From: Octopus sinensis
Lineage: Eukaryota
Reading direction: 5' to 3'
NCBI RefSeq assembly: GCF_006345805.1
Contig: NW_021833432.1
Coordinates: 10,586 to 74,585 of the forward strand
DNA length: 64,000 nt
Below are positions 51,590 to 64,000 of the stretch, one piece after another. Each line of letters starts with the position of its first letter. The stretch's first letter is position 1. The position numbers and the translations under genes are program-made. A model generated the notes under the pieces. The model made no database searches, had not been told where the DNA came from, and saw only the letters and a list, made by a program, of their open reading frames with translations.

Positions 51590-51922
51590 TTATCATCATT
51601 CCGTAAACGGTGGCTTTTAACGGGTGGAGAGCTGAATTATCCTGGGGTACAGAGGATTCGCAATCTAGACTAGGGTCTGAAAGGTTACCACACCTTAGTG
51701 GGTTACACCATGGTTCCTCTGCTTTGTGGTAGAAATAGGAAGAAAGAGCGAGAGAAAGTTGTGGTGAAAGTACAGCGGGGTACAACCCCCCCTCCGCTGC
51801 TGCCTTGTGGACCTTAGGTGCTTTTGCTCAATAAAAAAACTCACAATGTCCGGTCTGGGAATCGAAACCGCGTTCTTATGACCGCGAGTCCGCTGTCCTA
51901 ACCACTGGGTCATTGAACCTCT
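51590..51922 (-). mobile_element. tRNA-derived SINE, further family
   Basis: Minus strand TGACCCAGTGGTTAGGACAGCGGACTCGCGG..GGTTTCGATTCCCAGACCGG (A and B boxes) followed by a non-tRNA body. Confidence 0.7.
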
Positions 51923-53479
51923 ACTCCTTCACTGCTGTTTACCTAATCGTTATTGTCTGTTGTTTGTACTTGAACAAGTCAGCCCTGAACGAACATAACT
52001 TCTAATCGAAATTTTCTAGATATGACCGTCTCATATGAATTTGCGTAAATACGACTACATTATCCTCTTACGTGTCTTTCATTGAATTACATAGAAAGTG
52101 CTTCAAGAGAAAATATAGCTGCTGTTTTTAACCACGTAGAAATGTCTCTTGATGGTTCGTAGCCAACAAGTTAATGTCAGAGAAATCAGACCGGTGTCAG
52201 TCATATAGCTAATTGTAAAATGTGAAGGTTATATGTACAAAAGCGAAGACAAATTTGACTTTTAGTGTATCAATAATGAAAGCTGCGACGAATTGAAGGC
52301 ATCGCTAGAGCGTCGGACAGCATGAGATTTTATTCCAGCACCCTGTACTTTGAGTTCAAATTTCACCGCGGTCGTCTGCCGTTTTTATTTTCCTTTTAGA
52401 GATGATTAAAAAAAAAGAATGTCAATCCACAGTGGTTGATTGGAAAATCTGCAAGAACAAGGGATTAATTCCAATGCAGTATATGTTCCAATTCCTGACG
52501 ATCTGAGCTCAAATCTTGTCATGGCCTTCTTGGTTGGTAGATTGAATCTGATATCTGGTTTACCACTACCTATGCCAAGTAACTCTGTTGTCTCTGACGA
52601 TGTCCTCTCTCTTTCAAAAATTTGTGCTAGATTGCCATTTCGAGGATATCTTCCTCCTTTCCTGGCTCTCATTAGTCTTGGAACCCCTTATAAAATTGTT
52701 ATGGGCGCAACTACTCCTTCTGACTAAGAGCCTAAAGGTCCTTCATAAATCTCTAGACACGTAAGGGCAGTTGACCAGTTTCCATGGGATAAAAGTGACC
52801 AAGATCATAACTCTCCTTTCATCCCTGAACTGGCTGCTAGATTGCGGCAGGTTTAACTCCCCAGCTATTGTTTGAACTCATTTGTAGTTAAGTCGATGAG
52901 CGGGAATCGAAACCATTCTCTCATGATCATCAATGCAACAGCTCACCAACCAGGCAACACATCTTCATCTTCCTTGACTTAAAGATTAAATAAAAAATGT
53001 CAACGTTTTCTTCTTTCTTTCTCTCAGACGAAAACTCAATCTCGAAAAGTCAAACTATTTCTTACATTGGAATATAAACTAATCCAACCTCATTTACTTC
53101 ATTTTATAACTATTGCCGATGCTAAACAACACAAATTTCTTTCGACCCTGGCTTTTCTTTTACACAATGAAAATGATCCAAAATATCTTTTGATCTCGAC
53201 AAGAATGTAATCTGTAAACTTGTGAGGTGAAAAGGTAGACAAATTAGAAATAATCACATGAGATTCGGATTGAGTTGATATCTTAATGAAAACTGTTTGG
53301 TACGATAAATCTATGCTGTAACAATGATTCAAGTGTAAGCCATAAACTGCAGATTAGTTGCAGAAGTTTGGGGTGGAATCATATAATGAATGTAGTTTAA
53401 TCCAGCATATCAGATATAGAGGATGTAGAGCCGGATGTGGATTTGGGTGTGGAGTAGAATGGGTGGGTGGGTACAATCA

Positions 53480-54322
53480 TTAAATGAAACGCTAGAGAGG
53501 GAGAGGAAAATAGGGAAAGAGAGAGAGAGAGAGAGAGGGTCTGGTGAAAGACAGAGATTCTCTATGTTCGTTTTGAACAGATAAACATATAATGAAATAT
53601 TTATGACTGAGAAGCACGGATGATGGGAAGGAAGAGATGTCAAGATTATGATAGAGCTGGATGTTAGATAGGGATGAAAAAGTCAACTTGATTTATGAGG
53701 GCTACGGGAAAGAGAGACAAAGACAGAGATAGAGATAGAGAGAGAGAGACAAGGGGAGAGTGTGTATGTGAAGGGGAAGAAAGAGTAGGAACAGGGGAGA
53801 GAGCAGAAGTGAGATTGGAGGGAGAATATAAGGAAAGAATAGAGAAGGGAATAGGAAAGAAAGTAGAAGAGACAGTTTGAGAGATAATGGAGGATAAGAG
53901 AGACGCGAGTTGGCGGGATAGAATAGGGGAGTAAGGAAGGGAGAATGAGAGACAGAGTTGGGGAGAGAGCGAGAGAGAGGCAGACAAATAGAGAGAGAGA
54001 GAGAAAGCGAGAAAGAGAGAGAGAGAGAGAGGGAGGCAGATAGAGAAAGACAGACAGACAGACAAGCAGACAGACTGACTGATAGAATAGGAAACAGTGT
54101 AGGAGTGAGAATAGAGTAAGGCAGAGACTGGAGGAGGAAAGAGAAGAAAGGGAATTGAAGGAGAAGAGGAGAGTAAGAGAGAGAGTTGAAGAGAGAGAGA
54201 AGGAGAATAGAGGATTATGGGAGTGCGACTTGCACAAAGTAGAACGCAGAAAAAGAGAGAAAGAGAGAGAGGAGGGTTGGACAAAAAAGAAGGTAAGGTG
54301 CGAGACTGAGTGAGAGAGTGAA

Positions 54323-54360
<38 letters not shown>

Positions 54361-54799
54361 AGAGAGAGAGAGTGATGAAAATGAGAAAAAGGACACTGTT
54401 TTATTGAAAGGGAAGTCGGAAATATAATAATGACGGAGAATAATATTGACATTTAATGATGAAACTTCACAAAGAATGAAGTCGTGGCGGTAGTGAGGTG
54501 AATGAAAAGTATATGGGAGGACATTTGAATCAGAATCTGAGAAAGCAACTTCAAAAACAAAAGCGAAAACAAAAGGTCGTATGAAGTAAAGGATTTGTTG
54601 TAGTCTATTCGTAGAGGTAATTCTTGTGAGACTGAAGACTTTTAAGGTTATCGTAATTTGGTTGGGGATGGCGTAACTGTAACTCTTCTTTCCTGGAAAA
54701 TACATTTGGTCATGATCATTGTTATGCAGAAACAAATGATGGAAAATGGAAGAGTTGGAAAGAGAGGGAGGGAGGGAGAGAGAGAAAGACAGGGATAAG

Positions 54800-54831
<32 letters not shown>

Positions 54832-55230
54832 AGCAGAGATAGATAAAGAGAGAGACAAAGACAAGGATAAAGAGAAAGAGGAAGAAATACAAAGATACAG
54901 AGAGATAGAGAGAAATAGAGAAAGAGACAGAGTTAGAGACAGAATGAAAGAGACTGAAAGAAAGAGAAAGAAAGAGACAGAATAAGAGAGAGATAGACAG
55001 GGAGAGACAGAGAGAGACAAAGATAGAGCTACAAAGATAGAGAGAGAAAGAGAGAGACAGAGTTAGAGATGCAGAAAGCGAGATACAGAAAGAGAGAGAT
55101 CGACAGAGGAAGATGGAGAGAGAAACTGAAAGAGAGAGAAAGTGAAAGGGAGAGAAAGAGAAAGAAAGAGAGAGAAAGTAAGGGAGGTAGATAAAGGAAT
55201 GATAGAGAAAGTGAGAGAGACATGGCGATA
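53480..55230. repeat. Long degenerate (GA)n polypurine region with a ~350-bp non-repetitive interruption (~54385-54740)
   Basis: Directly visible; explains the 445-aa and 262-aa SL-rich ORFs. Confidence 0.9.
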
Positions 55231-55914
55231 GGGAAAGTTAGATATGATTATTCAATCCGATTTTTATAGACTATGGAAATAAAAAAAAAAAAGAGAAGAA
55301 AAAAACCGAGTCCATTATTTACTGTCTAGATGTAAATTACGTGCTAGAAATAAAAAATGTTAAAAAGTTATATGTTAAAAAGAATTCGATAGGACATAAA
55401 AAGCAAATTGAACAGAACCGGGACACACGGGAGAATAAGAATAATGAACTGCGGAGGGATTTTAAAAGTCATATATGTAAAGCTAACTCTTGACATAAGA
55501 AGAGGAATAATTTCGGACAACAATTATCAAAAGAAGGTATTGATTATGATTCATATGGTTTGACCTTCTGACAAATATATATCCCGGAGAGACATTAAGA
55601 GAAGGCACTACGGCCACGTGATAACTAGCTTTTGAAATATGTAATATGTGCAAGAAAGGGAGATTACAGCTTGAATTGTGATTGGTTGTTGATGTACAGC
55701 AATGGCTGACTTTGAAAGAGAAGTCTGCAAGCTAATAAAATAAAAGAAAGCAGTTGAGAAATTATGTATACAAACGCAAAAGAAAAAAGCATTGTTTAGT
55801 GAATGCATGTGAAACACAGTTCAGTAAAAGTATTGTCAAAATAAAAGTGAAAGTATTCTCCAGGATTCACAAAAGAGACTGAATGTAGCTGTTATAAACA
55901 GATAACAACCTTTA

Positions 55915-56175
55915 GTGAAGGCGCATAGCTCAGTGGTTAGGGCATTCGGCTCATGATCGTGGGTTCGATTCCCGGCGGTGCGTTGTGTCGTTGGGTAAGA
56001 CATTTTATTTCGCATTACTCCGGTCCACTCAGTTAGTAAAAATGAGAAGTACCGTATTTCAAAGGGCCAGTTTTGTCACACTGAATCTCTCTAAGATGAT
56101 AAGTGTACAAGCAGGCTATCCCGTTGATCGGATCGCCTGGAACCTTCGTCGTAGTAACCGACGGAGTACCAGTTT
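55915..56175 (+). mobile_element. tRNA-derived SINE (family C)
   Basis: GTGAAGGCGCATAGCTCAGTGGTTAGGGC..GGGTTCGATTCCC, then GTTGTGTCGTTGGGTAAGACATTTTA; tail matches 63905-64000 in reverse. Confidence 0.8.
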
Positions 56176-56999
56176 AGCCGTCTCTGAAACGCTTGGTTAG
56201 TTTCGTAACGCTGTAGACGACAATTTAAAAACGATGGAAGCGATAGCCATGATAATGATAATGGTTCATCGGTATAAGGACTGCAATGTTGAGAGAAGGT
56301 GAAGTTGTCAATAATACACGGAGGGTAGTTTATTTTACCATAATGAGGATGAATAAAAGGCATGGCTAACTCTCGTGGGGTTTCAAACCTAAACGTAAAA
56401 ATCCGGAAAAAATACCACCAAACCTTTTCACAACTCTCTTTCGATTCAGCTAACCCATCACCCTAATAAGAGTGTAACAATCTTTTTAATTTTCTTTGTC
56501 TTTAGCCCGCCCGTGAGTGTTATATCCTGTTTGCTTCCATCTAGAAATAAAATGAAATCACTACTGTTCCCTTCAAACTTTGCTTCTGTGACCTGATCAA
56601 CAATGCTTTCTCACTGACGTATTTACCATTACATTTCAGACTTATTCAGCGACGAGTTGCTGAAGCAGAAATATCGTTATAGCAAATATTTTGCTCAATA
56701 CCACAGACTTGCTTGTCACTTGTTTGACCTTAACCACTTGAGCATATCCCTAAGTGGCTGACATTATGTGAATCTCTGATCAGGAGCAGGGGTACTGGGG
56801 AAGCGTCATAGGCATGCGTTGACAGGGATTCTTTGGGGTTGTAATATATGTAACGAAAGCAAATTGTGAAGGAAATATTAGTCAAGTGTAAGTAAAAAGA
56901 AAATAATAGTTGCTACCCAAGGACAAACATTGTGGAACACAGTGCAATTTATTTCTGGTTTAAGTACGAGGCTAGGGAATTTGCCGAGAAGGGAAGTTG

Positions 57000-57390
57000 T
57001 CGACATCAGTGATCACAGAAGTTGACTGGTACTTTATTTTATCGACCATGGAAAGGCAAGCCCATCTTCGGTGGAATTTGAAACCGGAAAGCAAAGATCA
57101 GAAAGAAAGGCATTAAAGTATTACGCCTGACGCTTTAATAAATCTTCTAATCCAGGATATTAGTTTCAAATTTGGGCACAGGGCCAAAAGCCAGCAAGTT
57201 CAGGGAAGTGGGAAAGTCGATTCCTTCGACCTCCTCCATTGCACAACTGGTACTTATTTTTATCGATTCTGAGAGAACAGAAAACAAGGTAGACTTGGGC
57301 AGCATTTGAACTCAGAACGTAAATACGGACGAAATGGCGCTAAGCATTTTTGTCCGGTGTGCTGCTGATTCTGTCAGTTCACCGCCTTCT
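57000..57390 (-). mobile_element. Two SINE family B fragments (57000-57130, 57200-57390)
   Basis: ACTGGTACTT(T)ATTTT(T)ATCGA..GAACTCAGAACGTAAATACGGACGAAATGGCGCTAAGCAT. Confidence 0.7.
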
Positions 57391-58085
57391 AATCCACAAT
57401 ACCACCAACTAATTTTAAGACAAGACCATATCTTGAAGGATAGGGTACTAACAGGCACCAGTATTTGTTCGGGTGCATGTGTTATAGAACTGTAAAAAAA
57501 ATACAGATGAATTTGGGGAAATGAAAGAATATCAAATCAGCATCAATCCTTGACTGGTACTTTATTTTTACCAAACGTGGATGATGTATTATGAGCGAGT
57601 CTGACCTTGGCAGGATTTGAACTAAAACCGTAAAAAACGTCGTGGTGAAAAATTTTCAATAAAAATATGGCGACTAAAGATTTTCTTGTGAGTTACGTGT
57701 TCCAATTGCAATTAGACACAAGGTAAAGAAATCAATAGGTAGAAGATCGGTAAAGAGATCAATCTTTAGAAATGTTACTTCGTTTGATGAAATATATCAC
57801 AGGTTTTGTTTCAGTGCTTTTATTTTCCGAGCTTTAAGACAAGTGTAATAAATCCGGCCTTAACTCGTCGACAACGTAGTGTCTTCAATAAAAAGAGAAA
57901 AGGTGAATGGAATCCAACGAAAAACAATTTTTGCATTCATCTATGAAAAACTCCATGAAAATGATGCAGCGTTTTTAAAGCCACCAGCGGTAGTTCGTCT
58001 GTTTGATGGCTGAGAAAGAAAGAATACATTTGTTGAGAATATGAATGAGTCTCGTATGGGATTGCTCAGTACTAGGGATGAAAAG

Positions 58086-58290
58086 AGGGCGGCGAGCTGG
58101 TAGAGCCGGCAACCCATTCGGCGAAATAGCTGACGGCATTTTCTCCGACCTTTACGTTCTGAATTCAAATTCCACCGAGGTTCGTTTGGCCTTTCATCTT
58201 TCACGTCCAATAAAATAAAGTACAAGTCAAATGCTGGTGTCAATGTAATCGACTTCTTTCCTCTTTTCTCAAAATTACTAGCCTTGAAAC
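58086..58290 (+). mobile_element. SINE family B, near full length
   Basis: GGCGGCGAGCTGGTAGAG..TTTACGTTCTGAATTCAAATTCCACCGAGG..GCCTTTCATC..ATAAAATAAAGTAC. Confidence 0.7.
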
Positions 58291-59279
58291 CGGCATCCCG
58301 TTTAAGCCAAGGGAAATGTTCTGATTTCCGACACCTATAAACCATGCCGACCTGGTAACATAATCATGAGTCCTAGGAATCGAGGAAAAACTATAAAATG
58401 GTCTCTACAGTTTCAATTGGTTAAACGATCATTCTCCAGAAATAGACTCTCTCATCATTATTCATGTTAATGCGAAGCTAATTTACTGAAAACCATATCT
58501 ATTTCTACTGATATTGGAAGTAAAACATAGCGAAACTTTGGCTTATTTTGTTGTTGCTTAGATACCCATATGAGTCTAGAAAATGCAGAATCCCTATAAT
58601 CCAAAGAATTTCAGCAGTGAACTCCTCTATTTAATTTTAGATATTGTGTACTTTGGTCAATATTTCAGTATATTGTTATTTATTCTATGAGACAAGGATG
58701 TAATTTGAGAGAGATTTTGTTTTCTAGTAAATAAAATGGACATGCATCTGTCTTACTTGCTCGTATACAACGAGATCGTTGTTGCTTAGTCCTTAGCCAA
58801 AATTACCTGAACAAATTATGCTCAAAGGTTTCCTAGTCATGACCACCTTGTCTGTTGCTAGACGACATGGTTTGCAATATCTAATAAGCCGTTTATTTTT
58901 AAATATTGCGACGTACTGTTAATGAGATTTCGTTGTCATATCAAGTATAAGGACTCTCTCGCTGCTTCAAACACAGGGAAACAGAAACGATATACCACTC
59001 GAAACGGTACTGGTGAGACTTGATCATAAATAGACTCTAATATTGAGTCAGCTTTTGGAGTCAGACATCTGCAAGATTAGCGCATGGCTAGAGTATTTAG
59101 CTGCACATTTAATACGTCACAATAGAAATCAATTATCTCCATACATCAACATCCAGCATCGTCATTATCCCATCACTGTTCCATATGAGATGCATTTAAA
59201 TCAATCAGGTTTGTTTTTTCAACCCATTACTCTCTAGATGCCAAATTGCATATATATGTATGAATACATATGCTGAACA

Positions 59280-59292
59280 GACACACCACACA

Positions 59293-59348
<56 letters not shown>

Positions 59349-59352
59349 CACA

Positions 59353-59389
<37 letters not shown>

Positions 59390-59551
59390 ATATATATATA
59401 TATATACGTACATAAATATGTCCATATACACACAGAAACATTCACTTATATGTGTGTGTGTGTATATATATATGTATATATATATATATAAGCGCGTATG
59501 TACAAATTAGTATATATACCTGTGTATATGTATGCAAATGTATATATATAG

Positions 59552-59609
<58 letters not shown>

Positions 59610-59644
59610 CGTATATATGCATATGCACACACACATAAAAACAC

Positions 59645-59693
<49 letters not shown>

Positions 59694-59726
59694 TAAACGT
59701 ATATATATATATATATATATGTATAA

Positions 59727-59790
<64 letters not shown>
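59280..59790. repeat. Compound (CA)n/(TA)n microsatellite
   Basis: Directly visible. Confidence 0.9.
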
Positions 59791-59797
<7 letters not shown>

Positions 59798-60331
59798 TCA
59801 CTCACACGTTCATCTAATTATTTGTAGTTAGTACTCGGCGTGCAAACAACAATATTCCCAATCCGTTATCCATCGCCTCCTCCTCCAACTCCTTCTCTGT
59901 CACTTCCACCACCACCACTACCACCATCACCACCACCGCCACCACACATCCACTGTTCTTTAATGGTTTTTCATTTACTACTGTGGTTCCATTGTCAATC
60001 AGAAATCCCAGTCAAGTTCCGCTCTACCGACCATGCCGCCAACACTAATAGCAAACGTGATACGCTTTAGAGTTGGTGATTATGGGCTTTTAGTAAATGT
60101 TTTCCCATAAACAAGAAATCATGACAAACAACAGCAACAACAACAAAAGCTATGACAACAACAACTACAAGAACACGGGCAACAATGACAATATTGATAA
60201 TAATAACAACAGGAAATAGAAACGTTAATGCTAGTTTGTGTTTGTCCACTTTCCTTTATTGGATTTCATGTTGATATCCAAAATTGCAGGTGTATGTGTG
60301 TCCGTGTTTGTATTTGCATATGTGCACATTC

Positions 60332-60364
<33 letters not shown>

Positions 60365-60432
60365 ATTATGAGTATGCACATACATATATGTGAGTGTGTA
60401 CGTATATGTGTATACATATATGTGTTTATATG

Positions 60433-60463
<31 letters not shown>

Positions 60464-61721
60464 ATATATATGACCTGGACCAATCTTTGGACGAAACATC
60501 TAACTTTATTTAAGTTTATACACACACACATATGTATACTCTCACACACACGCATAATATATACATGCATATGCACACCTATGTATACACAATTGTGTCT
60601 TTACATAAGATGTGCATATGTATATTTGTGTACGTAAACACGTCTCTCTTTCTATCTGTCTCTCTATCTCTCTCTAACTACCTATTTATGTATCTTACTT
60701 TGTCTCTCTGTCTCTGTCTGTCTGTCTCTATATATATACATATACATTCGGATACGCACGGATACGCACGAATGCGTTTATTTGTACGTTGAGTTTATAA
60801 ACGAGACGATAAAAATGTCCCCATACCAAAGTGGATTGGAGATATTTTTTCTTTCTCAATGATCCCTCCTGACTCTTACTCTCGAGTAGAAAGCTGTGGA
60901 CGCACATTTTACCTTAACGAAGGGATTATGAAATCAAAATTGATTTATCGATCACTGCATCGAATTAATATTTCATATTTTACATAACCAGTAGTATCAT
61001 AGAATGTCTTGAGTCGAAACAGCTGACAATATAAGTCGCAATGTCTGTACGTGAAAATAAAAGCTGATCCATCAGTTAATAAGTATTTAAAAGCTGTCAC
61101 AACAGTATTAGAAAGATTTGATATATCTGCATTGACTGCGACACAATCTGACTCATGTAATGTGAGGCGTTAAATTACAATATGTTCGATACACACTTCA
61201 TATATTTTTGCGTTTCAAATCTAAGGGAAGTCAATCTGAGTTAGAGTCATTGAGATAGTGCTGACGATTCACAATTACGATGAAAAGTAAATACGTTATT
61301 TCTGCTTTAAGCGTAAAATCTGGTGGTCCAACTGCACAAGTCTCCAATATCCAATGGTTAAAAAAGAGGTAGTAGAACCGCACCCAGGAGTCGTGACATG
61401 GATGCGGCCTGGCTCCCTTAGTGTATATGAAGTGGAGGGCCGAAACACCTGCTGAGCGGGGTTTCATTTTTTGATAAACTTCTGACGTTCAGCTCTGTTG
61501 AGAGTTTCTTACCACATTGTGAGGTATTTAGGTCTTTCATCTTGTCCATGTAAATAAAGTTTCCACATCTTCAATTTACCGAAATATTATATATAAACAT
61601 TTATTGTATTATCTTTCATCTGTCGGATTAATTGACATTCATGTATTAATACACATACACATACATACAGACTCTCACACACACACGCGCGCGCGCACAC
61701 ACACACACACACACACAACAC

Positions 61722-61863
61722 AAAGTTGCTTCCCAGCCACATGGTTCTGGGTTCAGTCCCATTTTGCGGCATTTTGGGCAAATGTCTTTTACTATAGGCC
61801 CAAACCGAGCAATGCCTCGTGAGAGGATTTGGTAGACGGAAACTGAAAGACGCGCATCGTGTA

Positions 61864-61904
<41 letters not shown>

Positions 61905-62200
61905 GACACAAACAAACACACACACACACATATATATATATACGTATATATGTGTGCGTGTGTGTGTATACATATATTTATGTGTGTGTCTTTGTGTCTG
62001 TGCTTCTGACCCTCACCATCATCGCTTGGCAACGGATGTGGGTGTCATTGCGTTCACGTAAGTTGGCGGCTCGGCAAAAGAGAACGATAGAATAAGTACT
62101 AGGCTTACAAATATTAAGTCGTGGGGTTGATTTCTTCAGCTAAAAAATCCTTTAAGACGGTGCTCTAATACGGCCCCAGTAAAATAACAGAAAAAGAATA
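61722..62200 (+). mobile_element. SINE family A, diverged, with rearranged internal microsatellite
   Basis: CCACATGGTTCTGGGTTCAGTCCC..GGTAGACGGAAACTGAAAGA..CGATAGAATAAGTACTAGGCTTACAAA. Confidence 0.8.
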
Positions 62201-62219
62201 AAAAAATCAAAGAATATAT

Positions 62220-63812
62220 ATATTGTTATATTTCGGAATGGTCATATTGCCAGTTTAGCCAATAAAAACACACGCACTATATATTTGGTGTTATTTTGCT
62301 TCAGTGATATTTAATTTTTACATTAATCTTAATCTTATTTCGGCCAAAGTTCTTTCGTCACACTCCTGTGACCGCATCAGTGGTCCTTTGTTTTCTTCTC
62401 ACTTACTTGTGTCTCTCCTTACTAACCGTCAGCCATTTTGTATTTCTATTGTATGTCTTCATTTGCGCATGCTTATATCTCTATGTGCGTCTATGTTTAT
62501 TTAGTGTGTGTGTGTGGGGGGGATGCCTGTAATATTTGTATCTTCTGGTTATATACATTCTTGTAATTTGTATTTTGTTTTTGTTGTTGTTGCTTTTGTT
62601 CTAATTTTGTTCATGTGTTTACATCCACCCATTATTATCATTACATATGCTTGTATGTATGTATAACAACAATATTAGTAATAATAATAATAAATCTAAT
62701 CGAAAAAAAAAAGGATATACATATATATATATACATACATTTACATATACATATATATATATATACATATATACACACATATATACACATATACATATAC
62801 ATATATATACACATATACATATATATAGATATTCATTTCTATTTCTTTAATTACCTGTGTATTTATTATGTTAGGGGAAACTGCAAGAAGCATTGGTGAG
62901 CGGGTGAATGAACATTGGAGACAACTCAAGGAAGGTAAAAGCTCATCGATTCTGTACCAACACGCCGAACAAGAACACGGGGGATCAATCAATAACATAG
63001 AGATTAAGATATTGTCCACACATAGAACAGATGCAACAATTAGATAAATTACAGAAGCTACACATATAATAGAAAATAAACCTAGCCTGAATAGAAAACT
63101 AGAATGGAGCAATAGCGCACACCACAACATATGACAATAGTGGATCCTGCAAACATAATAAATACACAGGTAATTAAAGAAATAGAAACGAATATCTATA
63201 TATATGTATATGTGTATATATATATGTATATGTATATGTGTATATATGTGTGTATATATGTATATATATATATATGTATATGTATATGTATGTATATATA
63301 TATATGTATATCCTTTTTTTTTTTTTTTTTTTCGATTAGATTTATTATTATTATTACTAATATTGTTGTTATACATACATACAAGCATATGTAATGATAA
63401 TAATGGGTGGATGTAAACACATGAACAAAATTAGAACAAAAGCAACAACAACAAAAACAAAATACAATTACAAGAATGTATATAACCAGAAGATACAAAT
63501 ATTACAGGCATCCCCCACACACACACACACTAAATAAACATAGACGCACATAGAGATATAAGCATGCGCAAATGAAGACATACAATAGAAATACAAAATG
63601 GCTGACGGTTAGTAAGGAGAGACACAAGTAAGTGAGAAGAAAACAAAGGACACTGATGCGGTCACAGGAGTGTGACGAAAGAACTCTGGCCGAAATAAGA
63701 TTAAGATTAATGTAAAAAAAAATATCACTGAAGCAAAATAACACCAAATATATAGTGCGTGTGTTTTTATTGGCTAAACTGGCAATATGACCATTCCGAA
63801 ATATAACAATAT
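62220..63812. repeat. Long inverted repeat, arms 62220-62872 and 63152-63812 (~650 bp), 279-bp spacer
   Basis: ATATTGTTATATTTCGGAATGG.. / ..CCATTCCGAAATATAACAATAT; ORF track shows MLVCMYNNNISNNNNKSNRKK.. on both strands; several substitutions and indels between arms. Confidence 0.97.
62871..63134 (+). pseudogene. PLE GIY-YIG endonuclease C-terminal fragment filling the inverted-repeat spacer
   Basis: (YV)GETARSIGERVNEHW..SILYQHAEQEHG..IKILSTH..IR*ITEATHIIENKPSLNRKLEW, one internal TAA. Confidence 0.85.
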
Positions 63813-63865
63813 CTGTTTCAACACACGACTTCACATAAAAAATCTTGCACAACAAATATTTAAAC

Positions 63866-63904
<39 letters not shown>

Positions 63905-63905
<1 letters not shown>

Positions 63906-64000
63906 GGAAGGAGCGCTCCGTCCGTTTCGACGACGAGGGTCTCAGCTGATACGATCAACGGGACCATTAACATAATTATCAGGGAGATTCAGAGTGTGAC
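63905..64000 (-). mobile_element. SINE family C 3' part, cut by the window end
   Basis: Reverse complement matches 56075-56170 (GTCACACT..GAATCTC..CCCGTTGATCG..CTCGTCGT..GACGGAG). Confidence 0.7.

Noticed and set aside
52406-52727. Overlapping 88-aa and 95-aa ORFs in non-repetitive sequence
   Set aside because: No recognisable motif or convincing splice sites; only faint resemblance to LINE C-termini
55915-55985. tRNA-like heads with A and B boxes (also 19290-19361 and 51845-51922)
   Set aside because: No complete cloverleaf, and each continues into a multi-copy SINE body

Overview
Eukaryotic, AT-rich, repeat-saturated window with no confidently identifiable host protein-coding gene, rRNA, true tRNA or CRISPR array. 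The SINE and LINE families and the dense compound microsatellites look like an octopus/cephalopod genome (inferred from recognition, not from a search). Almost all long ORFs in the track are microsatellite translations. The real content is: many tRNA-derived SINEs of three or four families; decayed R4/Dong-like, RTE-like and CR1-like LINE fragments; a deleted mariner; a non-autonomous Helitron inserted at an A^T site inside a Penelope-like element (PLE) ORF; a probable Helentron-associated element; and at least five PLE RT/GIY-YIG fragments. The most notable pattern is PLE debris co-occurring with hammerhead-ribozyme motifs (intact cores at about 5.0 kb and 34.9 kb, degenerate ones elsewhere) and at least eight local fold-back inverted repeats (arms about 50-650 bp), many abutting or centred on (TA)n tracts. 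All coordinates, alignments and folds were read by eye, so boundaries are approximate.
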